Positions 17,211 through 25,911 of a stretch of DNA of 32,000 nt are shown in pieces. The translations under genes and the position numbers were made by a program. Origin of the DNA: Candidatus Thalassarchaeaceae archaeon. GTDB taxonomy: Archaea > Thermoplasmatota > Poseidoniia > Poseidoniales > Thalassarchaeaceae. Numbering within the stretch: the stretch's first letter is position 1; every line of letters begins with the position of its first letter. Below the pieces are notes generated by a model, which saw only the letters and a program-made list of their open reading frames with translations, did not search any database and was not told where the DNA came from. The stretch is taken from the NCBI GenBank assembly GCA_045568075.1, contig JBJLBP010000001.1, positions 840,001-872,000 of the forward strand. The letters run 5' to 3'.

Positions 17211-18791
17211 TCAATTGCCCAACCACATAGGGAGCGGTCTGTCGTAACCTACCAATCTCAGGCCCGAGATAGCTGCGGTATCGTGGTCGAGGGCTCTGAG
17301 GTTTCGTCGATTCAAATCTGCGAGATCACTGATGCCAAGTTCGCGCATCCAGCCTCGTAGTGTGCCGTCAATCCAGGCTAGAGATGCCTCGACGTCATCG
17401 TTTGGAGCGGGAGCGACGAGAGCGGTACAACCTGCTCCTCGAGCGATTAGAAGGTCCTCCGCTGAAGGCGCTTCATCCATCTCGAGGAGGATTGTTCTTC
17501 CTTGATTGGGGAGGTTCATCGCGCGTGCGACGAGACCGATTCGCGGGAGGGCTGCTGCAGCGCGTGAACCGCCTGCTGCAGCGACGTCGACCACCGCACC
17601 ATCGAGATCGAGGTCGATAACGAGTCGGAACAAGTGTTCAACTCGTGAGACACTATCCTTGATGAATACCAGCGAGTCATCAGACATGCGGCTGTAGAGT
17701 GAGACAAGAAGAGCCTCGATTTCAGCGTCGTTTAGTGAAGGGAGATTGGTAAGGTCGAGAACCATTCCTGAGCAATTCTGTATTAGACTCGCAGCATCGA
17801 GAAGATTCTCCTCGTTAATCAGTATCAAATCATTGCTGCGAGGCTCAGAAGTAACGATTCCAGGTTGAGCAACTCCATACTTGCCGGTTGCCGAGGTCAT
17901 TCTCTCGGCTTCAATAATCCACGGTAGAGGTGCGAGCAATCCATTCTCATCCTGACCAGCGGGAAGGATGAGTGTCAAGGTATCTAGAGAGGACTGGTCT
18001 GAGAGTCGATCGTGCGCGGAAGGAACTAGGGTGATTCCTTCGAAGCCCTCTGTAACTGAATTCTCAGGGGCTTCTCCAATCGGTGAGCCGGCTTCGCTCG
18101 GGACGATTACCAAAGCATCAGAGTCGAGTTGCAAGCCAAGAGGCTCAAGATGCCCCGCTAATTCGTCAAGTTCGGCCGCTTCAATCGATCTCATCGCCGC
18201 TCCATCTCCGGGTGGTGGACAAGATCCAGCGACGATTACACGGCCGCCGACCATACTTCGCCCAGGCTCGCTTCCAGTACTACCGAGAATAATCACGGTT
18301 CCACCTTCCATCGCGGCTCCCGAAGCCTTGCCTGCGTGTCCTCGGACGATCATTAATCCGCCACGCATCCCAGCGCCAGTTTCGTCGCCGGCGGAACCCT
18401 GAACGACGATCTCGCCTCCAGTCATTCGGTGGCCAGAGCGGTCGCCAGCATCCCTTTCGATAGTAATTCGTCCTCCTCGCTGGAAGGCCCCCAGCATCGA
18501 CGTGCATCCACCTTGGAGAGTGAAGGTTCCACCATCATTCATCGCGCCCGCGCATTCTCCTAAATCGCCGAGTAATAGTACTCTGGAATCTGCTGGAAGA
18601 TGGGTGATAACTCCGATCTCACCTTTCTTCGGTTTCTCATCGCCCTGCTTGCCCCATCCGATGCGGACAAGCAGGTCGCGCTCAAGCGCCTGCTCGAGCA
18701 TCTTCTCGAGGTCACGGTTGAGTTTGATGCTCTTCGCAGTGACGTCGCGCATGGTACTCCCTAGCAGAGACGGCATGGTTGCGGTCTTCAT
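17211..18791 (-). CDS. Glutamate synthase-like protein: N-terminal GXGXG domain (GltB domain 3-like) fused to a degenerate GltS FMN-domain-like C-terminal region
   Basis: GXGXG beta-helix repeats: GDLGECAGAMNDGGTFTLQGGCTSMLGAFQRGGRITIERDAGDRSGHRMTGGEIVVQGSAGDETGAGMRGGLMIVRGHAGKASGAAMEGGTVIILGSTGSEPGRSMVGGRVIVAGS. The C-terminal part (LDGAVVDVAAAGGSRAAAA...GRTILLEMDEAPSAEDLLIARGAGCTALV...LRGWMRELGISDLADLNRRNL) follows the Glu_synthase TIM-barrel layout, but the conserved residues are substituted. Start ambiguous: ATG at 18824, 18791, 18776, or 18752 (the last preceded by GGGAG). Confidence 0.75.
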   Translation of the reverse strand: MKTATMPSLLGSTMRDVTAKSIKLNRDLEKMLEQALERDLLVRIGWGKQGDEKPKKGEIGVITHLPADSRVLLLGDLGECAGAMNDGGTFTLQGGCTSMLGAFQRGGRITIERDAGDRSGHRMTGGEIVVQGSAGDETGAGMRGGLMIVRGHAGKASGAAMEGGTVIILGSTGSEPGRSMVGGRVIVAGSCPPPGDGAAMRSIEAAELDELAGHLEPLGLQLDSDALVIVPSEAGSPIGEAPENSVTEGFEGITLVPSAHDRLSDQSSLDTLTLILPAGQDENGLLAPLPWIIEAERMTSATGKYGVAQPGIVTSEPRSNDLILINEENLLDAASLIQNCSGMVLDLTNLPSLNDAEIEALLVSLYSRMSDDSLVFIKDSVSRVEHLFRLVIDLDLDGAVVDVAAAGGSRAAAALPRIGLVARAMNLPNQGRTILLEMDEAPSAEDLLIARGAGCTALVAPAPNDDVEASLAWIDGTLRGWMRELGISDLADLNRRNLRALDHDTAAISGLRLVGYDRPLPMWLGN

Positions 18792-18815
18792 TATGACGGG
18801 TATGTTACCACCATG

Positions 18816-18827
18816 ATTATGCATAAT
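18816..18827. promoter_or_regulatory. 12-bp perfect AT-rich palindrome ATTATGCATAAT in a divergent intergenic region (candidate TATA/operator)
   Basis: The sequence reads the same on both strands. It lies between the divergent GltB-like gene and gap. A second TATA-like ATAATTGATA lies at 18861-18870. Function is inferred only. Confidence 0.3.
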
Positions 18828-18920
18828 TCACCGTTTTCCCGAGACCCGACTCTCAAGAGCATAATTGATAGAGGGCGGGCTACGGCAACGAAACGCCAAA
18901 AGGGCGCATGGGGCTTCACC

Positions 18921-19961
18921 ATGGGGAAAATCAAGGTAGCAATCAACGGATTCGGAACTATTGGTAAGAGAGTAGCTGATGCAGTCGATGCTCAGGACGA
19001 TATGGAGATTGTTGGTGTCACTAAAACCGGCCCTTCGTTTGGCTGCGATCTCGCTGTGAAGAAGGGCTTTCCACTCTACTGCACTTTCGATGATGCAGAT
19101 AGAATCGCTTCGTTCGGTGAACAGGGCTATGATTGCAAGGGAGGTCTCTCAGATCTTCTTGCAACAGCCGACGTAGTCGTCGATTGTGCTCCTGGAAAGA
19201 TGGGTGCTGACAATCTAGCGAAGTACAAGGCAGCGGGCATTAAGCATATGTTCCAGGGTGGCGAGAAACACGCTCTGACCGGGCTATCATACACCTCCTG
19301 TGCAAACCACGAAGCGAACCTCAATGCTGAGGGTTCCCGAGTCGTCTCTTGCAATACCACTGGACTTTCGCGAACCCTCGTACCTTTGTACGAACATTGT
19401 GGTTCCCTCAAAGTCGAATGCACGATGATTCGCCGAGCCGCAGATCCGGGCGATTCCAAGAAGGGTCCGATTAACGCCATCAAGCCTGTTCTGAAGGTGC
19501 CTAGCCACCACGGTCCAGATGTGATGACGGTCAAGCCAGAAATAGAGATTAACTCACTCGCAGTTGCCGTCCCGACCACCATCATGCACGTCCACTCCAT
19601 CATTGCTGACCTCCCCTCAGGACATGGCCTGACGACCGAGTCTGTAATCGAGATGTGGAAGAACCAGCCGCGAGTCATCGTTATGCATGGTGCTGAGAAC
19701 AGAATTACTACCACCGCAGAAGTCATGGAAATGGCTCGCGACATCGGTCGTAAGTGGGGGGATTTGCACGAAATCTTCGTCTGGGAGGATGGAGTGAAGC
19801 TTGTCGACGACCGACTATATTACTTCCAAGCCATCCATCAGGAGAGCGATGTAATCCCTGAGAATGTCGACTGTATCCGCGCTCTGATGGGGACAGAAAC
19901 AGACTGGCGTGCATCGGTTGCGAAGACCGATGCTGCCATCGATGCTTACTACGGATTGTGA
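18921..19961 (+). CDS. gap: Glyceraldehyde-3-phosphate dehydrogenase, archaeal type II
   Basis: MGKIKVAINGFGTIGKRVADAV (Rossmann N-terminus). Catalytic VVSCNTTGLSR. Length 346 aa from ATG 18921. The ORF opens at 18813, but that extension has no GAPDH-like sequence. Confidence 0.93.
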   Translation: MGKIKVAINGFGTIGKRVADAVDAQDDMEIVGVTKTGPSFGCDLAVKKGFPLYCTFDDADRIASFGEQGYDCKGGLSDLLATADVVVDCAPGKMGADNLAKYKAAGIKHMFQGGEKHALTGLSYTSCANHEANLNAEGSRVVSCNTTGLSRTLVPLYEHCGSLKVECTMIRRAADPGDSKKGPINAIKPVLKVPSHHGPDVMTVKPEIEINSLAVAVPTTIMHVHSIIADLPSGHGLTTESVIEMWKNQPRVIVMHGAENRITTTAEVMEMARDIGRKWGDLHEIFVWEDGVKLVDDRLYYFQAIHQESDVIPENVDCIRALMGTETDWRASVAKTDAAIDAYYGL

Positions 19962-20000
19962 GTGCTTCAGTATACGTCAACAGAACCCGATTCTAGTTGC

Positions 20001-20040
20001 CGAAACCACTTGGAAATTTTCTTTCTGAGAGGTGGTTTCG
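20001..20040. repeat. Perfect 9-bp inverted repeat (CGAAACCAC ... GTGGTTTCG) with 22-nt T-rich loop
   Basis: Arms at 20001-20009 and 20032-20040. The loop contains TTTTCTTTCT. It lies 40 nt after the gap stop and upstream of the protease gene. It may be a terminator hairpin or an operator; function not established. Confidence 0.5.
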
Positions 20041-20113
20041 AGTTATTTCCTACGATTGACCTATGGTCAATCAACATGAACGGTCAAAAGCCCCTCAAGG
20101 TTCCGACGAACCC

Positions 20114-23100
20114 ATGAATGACCGCCGCTTGGTACTCGTGACTCTGGTCATGCTAGTATTGAGTGGTTGGTCAACTGGGATAGCATCAGCATCGGCAACC
20201 GAAGATGAGGTTGCTACGCAGTACGCCGATTCTACAAGTGAAAATGCACTTTTTCAAGCGTTTTCAAGCGTTATCGAATCGACACACGAATTGCGCCGAA
20301 CTAGTGGTTTGATCCACTCCCCTTATGGCACATTTGACCCAATAGAGCAGCCGATTCCACTCGGACCGGAGAATCTCTTCGATTCAGCCGCTCTAGAGAG
20401 AACTCGATTTGCTCTCGTTCAATCGACTTCAGCAGACTTGACTGGAATAAGTCAGACTTTGTCTGAACTCGGTTTGGTGCTCATAGAGACCATTCCTGAT
20501 GACACCATCCTCATTCGAATTCCGATGCAATTCGATGCCGCAACAACTCTCAGTGAAATCGGAAATCTAGACGAAGTCCGATGGGCTGGCCATTTGCCAA
20601 TCGCTTGGCGAGTCAGTCCGGAAGTTGCTGTTCTGGCTGGAAGAGATTCGATAACCGTAGATCTCGACCTGACCCCGGCTCCTGATATCACACAGATCGA
20701 GCTCCAAAGTTTGCAAGCAGACCTTGCATCAATTTCCGGTGAACTCGGTCCTCGGGCGGTTTGCGACGCCTATCTTTGCCAACCACGAGCTGTCAACGCT
20801 CTCTGGTTACCTGTTCTAGCAATGGATGGACGAATTCTCCACATTCATGAGGCCTCACGAATTACCATCCACAATTCAGTCGCTAGCGATGTCTCAGGAA
20901 TCAGCCAAGCGCTAATCAACTCTGGCAATACTCTCAACGGTAGCGGCGAAGTCCTCGCAATATCAGACACTGGACTTGACTCCGATCACGGAGATTTCGA
21001 GGGGCGGATTCGTGGAATTTACCATCAATTCGGGCCTGATAATTCGGCCCTTGATCGAAACTCAGGCCACGGTACTCACGTCACTGCGACTCTCTTGGGA
21101 GATGGCTCTGGCGACATGTCCGCTCTAGGAATGGTTCCAGCAGCCTCGTTTCACTTCTACCAACTCGAGGTCGATTCTTCGGGGTTGCTTGCAAGGTGGG
21201 GTTCCTTGTATGACATGTTCACCCACTCTTGGCAGAATTCTGCTCGAATTCAAACCAACTCTTGGGGCAATGAGAATCTTGTAGGACAGTACAGTTCCGA
21301 TTCTCGCTCAGCCGATTCTTTCATCGTCGACAATCCACGATTCCTCGTTCTCTTCGCCGCAGGTGACTTGGGTGCAGACGGTTCCAACACCGTAACTCCC
21401 CCTGGCTCTGCCAAGAACGTCCTGACTATCGGAGCCTCGACAACGGGTGCAGCAGGTTCGGATCCTGCCGGTAGTGTCCCAGCCTCCTCATCGATAGGCG
21501 CGACACTTGATGGACGAATCAAACCTGATTTGGTTGCGCCGGGAGTCATGCTCTGTTCGGCGCAAGCTGAGGAGGCAGAGAGTGCGCAGGGTGAATCCTG
21601 TTCCAGTGCGACCCATGACGATGGGTCGACACCTCTGTACATGACTCTGAATGGCTCATCGATGGCCACTGCTGTCGCAGCAGGCGGGGCTACGATGGTT
21701 CGGCAACATCTCAGGACAGTAGAGGGAATTACAGAACCACGCTCTGATCTACTCAAGGCACTTCTAATCAACGGAGCCGAGGACCTCGGCACAAACGATG
21801 TTCCGAACCCCTCCGAGGGCTGGGGACAAATCGACGTGGCGAATTCTATCTCTCCCTCACACGATGGAACTGCCCTCGACCTATTCTACGATGATTCGAG
21901 AGAACTCGACCCGGCTCACGGCTTCGTCTATACTTTCACAGTTGATTCAACCACTGATCTCGACATTACTCTCGTCTGGGTAGATTCCGAAGCATCAACC
22001 ATCTCTAATCACACAGCCACCAAATTAGTCAACGACCTCGATCTTTCGGCGACTGCACCCGACGGCACCGTCTATCTGGGCAATGTATTCTCTAGTGGCT
22101 ACTCAACAACTGGAGGCGTCGCCGACCGACTGAATAATGTCGAGCGAATCAAAATCCCAGCCGGAAACAGCGGCCTTTGGAAGGTTACAATTGGTCACGC
22201 TGGAGGTATGCCCCAAGACTTCTCATTAGTCGCTACAGGTCTGTTAGTGGAGGAGAATACTGCAGATCTCGCTGTCTTCGAAGGTTCACTATCGACTTCG
22301 ATTCTTGCCCCGCTACAAGGTGACACAGTCCTTGTGGAAGCCGCATGGAGAAACCAAGCAGGCCAAGACAGCGGGGCTTACACAATTGAGATTGAAGACC
22401 TGACAGAGGGGACAATTCTCTACACCTCCGATCTGAGTTCTCTTGCCGGAGGCGCGACCACCTCTCTCTCATTCCCACACGTCTTCCAGACGACGGGAGA
22501 TCACATCCTAGAACTCAGGCTCGACACCGGTGATTCAGTTACGGAAATCAACGATGAGACGAGCGGCCTAGACAATAACAGATACCAATTGACTGTGGAA
22601 ATCTCTCAGATTGGAGTTCGAATCACCCCTCTGATGGAAGACGGGTCCTTACCAGAAACTCCTCTCGAACTTGAGCAAGCAATGAGTCGCACTCTCGACC
22701 CGAGTACAGGCAGCATAATCACCTACGAATTCCAACTGAAGAACGAGGGTACATCTGAAGTTACGGTTGGATTGTCGGTCACTCCTCTCCAAAGGGTCGA
22801 CGAGCAAGGTATCCTCCAGGCTCCGAAGGATGAGTGGTGGAAACTGCTCAATGAGTCTGCACCATGGGATCTTGCAGCCTTTGGAGAGGAAGGAGATTCA
22901 ACAATAGTCACTCTAACTCTCGAAGATGTCGACGCAGATTTGATGAATCCTTCAGGGGCTGAATATGCTTTACCAGGAACTTTCGTCAACGATTTGAATC
23001 TCTTCGATAAGAATGCCCCTACAATTTCTCATACAATCAGAGTTACATCAATCGTCGAGAGAATCGAAGGCCTCCACACAATCCTCGCAGGAACTGGGGA

Positions 23101-24901
23101 CAACCTAGGCGCTAAGCCTGGTCAAACAGCGACATTCTCACTTTCAATCAGGAATACGGGTAATGGAGAAACCCAGTATTCTGTTAGCTGCTCAAGCCCG
23201 AATCAGTGGATTATTCAAATCGGTGACAGCCAATCCTCTTCGGTTATTCTCGATCCTCTGAGTCGACTACAATTCCTACCTCTGCCGATTCACGTCAGAG
23301 TCCCTCCTGCACAAGGGGGTTCTCCGGCTGCGGGACTAACGGAAGATGTCAGTTGTGTGACGATATCGGTTCAGGACTCGAGCGTGACTGCAACCGATGT
23401 CGCGACCGTGAATGTCTTTGAGAGTCTCGATTTCACTGTCGACCTCATGAATGAAGAAGGCTTGATTCTCGGAGCTTTGGCATTGGCCGAGGATAGGGCA
23501 GTTTTGAATGGTGAACTTTCTGAGACCATGGTGTTAGTTTCGAACGATGGTAATGTACCGATGGATTTCACAATGACAGTCAGTTCCTCTCTCAATACAT
23601 GGGCAGCACAATTGGTTCTGGACACGGAGGAATCAACTGGTGAACTTGATTTCTCAATCCCCGCTGGAGATACAGTAACAATCACGCTTCAGATGATGGT
23701 TCCAATGAACGCAGAGATGGATACTCGCAACACACTAACACTCAGAACTACTCTGATTGGCAGCGAAATGGTGACGAATGGAACGCGCTTCATCGTTCAG
23801 GAAATCGCTTCTCTCGAGGCATCTGATAATTCTCAAATCTCGGTCTCTCTTGGGCAGACCGGTACAGCAGATGTATGGGTCAGAAATGCTGGCAATGTGC
23901 CGCTGACTCTGACTTGGAGTATTGGCAGCCTTCCTCATGGTTGGGTTGGTGGATTCCAATCGATTATCCCTACCTCGCTCGACATGAACCGAGAGGCTCT
24001 TGTTACTGTTGGCTTGGATGTTCCTGGCAACTTGCCTGTCGGCCTTTCTGATGGGATTGTTCCGGTTATTGTTGAGGCAGTCACTCCAGGGATGGAAACG
24101 GTGATTCATACCTTCGAACTCGAAGTCGAAATTGTTCCATCGATTTGGGTTGTGATGACTTCCGAAAAGATGACTGTGAACGACATCAGTTCCGGATCCT
24201 CTGGCGCATTCAGGATTCTTGTTGAGAATCTTGGAAATTCGAATTCAGGATTCACCTTCGAAACTAGCTCATTGGATTATTGGAGCTTCGATATCAACCC
24301 ACCCTCAGACGAGATGATTCCTGCTGGTGGCTCAATCGAGATCGTTGTCAGAGCGACTCCATCATCATCAGCCTCTCTTGGACTCGCGAGTTTCGTCCTT
24401 TGGGCGAATTCGACCGATGATGGTTCATCTAATTCCATCACCAACGAAGAGATGGAGTTAGAAATCTCTCGCGCACGCGATGATTCTTGCAGCGGTATCG
24501 GTTGTCTGATGGTTCAATTAGGTCTGCCACAATGGTCGCTCGCGCTAATTTTCCTCATCGTCCTCGCGGGCGTAGGAGTTGCTCTAGTTCGCATGCGTCG
24601 CGAGTCGGCGGCGGCCATGAGCTCAGATGAAGAATTGATTCCGGTGGGTTCGGCTCTACATTCTGGGTCTAACGTCGAGCGCCGCGAGATGGCATTAGAA
24701 ACGAGTTCTGCTGGAGAGGTTCTGAGCAAGGCAGTCAGTGATGATGAGATTTCTAACGTGTTGGCGTCAAGTATGCCTACACTATCTCTGCCGCCCGTTC
24801 CACCCGGTGCAATGCCTCTACCGCCAAGTGGCTTGCCAGATGGTTGGACGATGGACCAGTGGGTCGCATACGGCCATATCTGGCATGAACAGAACAAGTG
24901 A
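20114..24901 (+). CDS. Giant exported subtilisin-like serine protease (peptidase S8) with multiple beta-sandwich repeats, TM anchor and cytoplasmic Pro/Trp-rich tail
   Basis: Catalytic triad contexts AISDTGLDSDHGDF (Asp), GHGTHVTATLLG (His) and LNGSSMATAVAAGGA (Ser). Signal peptide MNDRRLVLVTLVMLVLSGWSTGIASA from ATG 20114 (the ORF opens at 20063). At least six x-N-x-G-N/T repeats (AAWRNQAGQD, FQLKNEGTSE, LSIRNTGNGE, VLVSNDGNVP, VWVRNAGNVP, ILVENLGNSN). TM segment LALIFLIVLAGVGVALV, followed by a tail of about 120 aa. Confidence 0.88.
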   Translation: MNDRRLVLVTLVMLVLSGWSTGIASASATEDEVATQYADSTSENALFQAFSSVIESTHELRRTSGLIHSPYGTFDPIEQPIPLGPENLFDSAALERTRFALVQSTSADLTGISQTLSELGLVLIETIPDDTILIRIPMQFDAATTLSEIGNLDEVRWAGHLPIAWRVSPEVAVLAGRDSITVDLDLTPAPDITQIELQSLQADLASISGELGPRAVCDAYLCQPRAVNALWLPVLAMDGRILHIHEASRITIHNSVASDVSGISQALINSGNTLNGSGEVLAISDTGLDSDHGDFEGRIRGIYHQFGPDNSALDRNSGHGTHVTATLLGDGSGDMSALGMVPAASFHFYQLEVDSSGLLARWGSLYDMFTHSWQNSARIQTNSWGNENLVGQYSSDSRSADSFIVDNPRFLVLFAAGDLGADGSNTVTPPGSAKNVLTIGASTTGAAGSDPAGSVPASSSIGATLDGRIKPDLVAPGVMLCSAQAEEAESAQGESCSSATHDDGSTPLYMTLNGSSMATAVAAGGATMVRQHLRTVEGITEPRSDLLKALLINGAEDLGTNDVPNPSEGWGQIDVANSISPSHDGTALDLFYDDSRELDPAHGFVYTFTVDSTTDLDITLVWVDSEASTISNHTATKLVNDLDLSATAPDGTVYLGNVFSSGYSTTGGVADRLNNVERIKIPAGNSGLWKVTIGHAGGMPQDFSLVATGLLVEENTADLAVFEGSLSTSILAPLQGDTVLVEAAWRNQAGQDSGAYTIEIEDLTEGTILYTSDLSSLAGGATTSLSFPHVFQTTGDHILELRLDTGDSVTEINDETSGLDNNRYQLTVEISQIGVRITPLMEDGSLPETPLELEQAMSRTLDPSTGSIITYEFQLKNEGTSEVTVGLSVTPLQRVDEQGILQAPKDEWWKLLNESAPWDLAAFGEEGDSTIVTLTLEDVDADLMNPSGAEYALPGTFVNDLNLFDKNAPTISHTIRVTSIVERIEGLHTILAGTGDNLGAKPGQTATFSLSIRNTGNGETQYSVSCSSPNQWIIQIGDSQSSSVILDPLSRLQFLPLPIHVRVPPAQGGSPAAGLTEDVSCVTISVQDSSVTATDVATVNVFESLDFTVDLMNEEGLILGALALAEDRAVLNGELSETMVLVSNDGNVPMDFTMTVSSSLNTWAAQLVLDTEESTGELDFSIPAGDTVTITLQMMVPMNAEMDTRNTLTLRTTLIGSEMVTNGTRFIVQEIASLEASDNSQISVSLGQTGTADVWVRNAGNVPLTLTWSIGSLPHGWVGGFQSIIPTSLDMNREALVTVGLDVPGNLPVGLSDGIVPVIVEAVTPGMETVIHTFELEVEIVPSIWVVMTSEKMTVNDISSGSSGAFRILVENLGNSNSGFTFETSSLDYWSFDINPPSDEMIPAGGSIEIVVRATPSSSASLGLASFVLWANSTDDGSSNSITNEEMELEISRARDDSCSGIGCLMVQLGLPQWSLALIFLIVLAGVGVALVRMRRESAAAMSSDEELIPVGSALHSGSNVERREMALETSSAGEVLSKAVSDDEISNVLASSMPTLSLPPVPPGAMPLPPSGLPDGWTMDQWVAYGHIWHEQNK

Positions 24902-24948
24902 ACTTACTCAGGGTCTGCCTTAAGACCGCTAGACGGCTGGCGTGTCTG

Positions 24949-25575
24949 ATGGCTGGATCGATAGTCCTCTTCGGGCCACCGGGAGCGGGCAAAGGCACCC
25001 AAGCGGGGCGTATCGTCGATCTCACGGGTAAGCCTCAGATATCCACAGGAGACATGCTTCGGTCGGCTGTCAAGGCAGGATCTCCTATGGGGATGGCTGC
25101 GAAGGAATTCATGGACGCTGGTCTACTCGTTCCCGATGAGGTAATCATCGGCCTGATAGAGGAGCGATTGCAGGAGGATGACGCTGACTCTGGCGTTCTA
25201 TTCGATGGCTTTCCGCGAACGATTCCTCAGGCCGAATCGCTTGAGCGGATAGCCAATGTCAGTTCGGTGATTTCTATCGAGGTTCCTGATGAGTCAATTA
25301 TCCAGCGAATCGTCGGGCGCAGAATGGATCCGGAGACCGGTGAGATCTACCATGTTACTTTCAAACCGGCCCCCTCTGAAATTGAATCTAGGCTCATCCA
25401 GCGTCCTGATGATAACGAGGAGACTGTTCGGGCTCGGCTCGAAGCCTATCACGCTCAGACAGCTCCACTTGCGGATTGGTATGCTGAGCGTGGCTTGCTA
25501 ATCAGCATCGATGGAAATGCTTCCATCGAAGAGGTCGGTTCCTCTGTCGAGGACGCGGTTAGAAACAACGCCTGA
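24949..25575 (+). CDS. adk: Adenylate kinase (bacterial/eukaryotic long type, non-zinc LID)
   Basis: P-loop IVLFGPPGAGKGTQ, plus STGDMLR and FDGFPRT. The LID region GRRMDPETGEIYHVTFKPAPSEIESRLIQRPDD has no Cys4. ATG 24949 is preferred over the GTG at 24898, which overlaps the protease stop. Confidence 0.92.
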   Translation: MAGSIVLFGPPGAGKGTQAGRIVDLTGKPQISTGDMLRSAVKAGSPMGMAAKEFMDAGLLVPDEVIIGLIEERLQEDDADSGVLFDGFPRTIPQAESLERIANVSSVISIEVPDESIIQRIVGRRMDPETGEIYHVTFKPAPSEIESRLIQRPDDNEETVRARLEAYHAQTAPLADWYAERGLLISIDGNASIEEVGSSVEDAVRNNA

Positions 25576-25584
25576 GGTGATGGA

Positions 25585-25911
25585 ATGGCAGGCCGCAGAA
25601 AGGGTCGTGACGCCGTCTCTCGCCGGAAGAGGGCCGAGAAAGCCGTAGATCACCTAGCGACATTAATCGACGGCTCAAACCCTTCAAATCAAACTCTAGG
25701 TGACTCAGCCGCTCGTGATATTCTCAGGACCACCAAGCGACATGGTGTCTCCGCACCCGCTGAACTCAGAAGTAAAATCTGCAGAACCTGCCAGCAGATA
25801 TTGGTACCCGGGCGTAACGCTCGGGTTAGAATTGAATCCCGAGTGCGAATAACGACTTGCCTCGATTGCGATAGAGTAATCCGCACGAGACTCACAGTGG
25901 AGGATGAATGA
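25585..25911 (+). CDS. rnp4: RNase P protein component 4 (Rpp21/Rpr2 family)
   Basis: 108 aa and basic. Rpr2-type zinc ribbon CRTCQQILVPGRNARVRIESRVRITTCLDCDRVIR. GAGGTGAT lies 4 nt upstream of the ATG. Confidence 0.8.
   Translation: MAGRRKGRDAVSRRKRAEKAVDHLATLIDGSNPSNQTLGDSAARDILRTTKRHGVSAPAELRSKICRTCQQILVPGRNARVRIESRVRITTCLDCDRVIRTRLTVEDE

Noticed and set aside
1038-21792. Long antisense ORFs lie opposite well-supported genes: 1038..1544 (-), 10954..11433 (+), 11811..12410 (+), 17968..18402 (+), 19127..19744 (-) and 21250..21792 (-). ORF 522..929 (-) lies opposite the KA-rich tract.
   Set aside because: Each lies fully within a gene that has clear family motifs on the other strand. Their translations are Arg/Ser/Pro-rich shadow frames typical of moderately GC-rich DNA.
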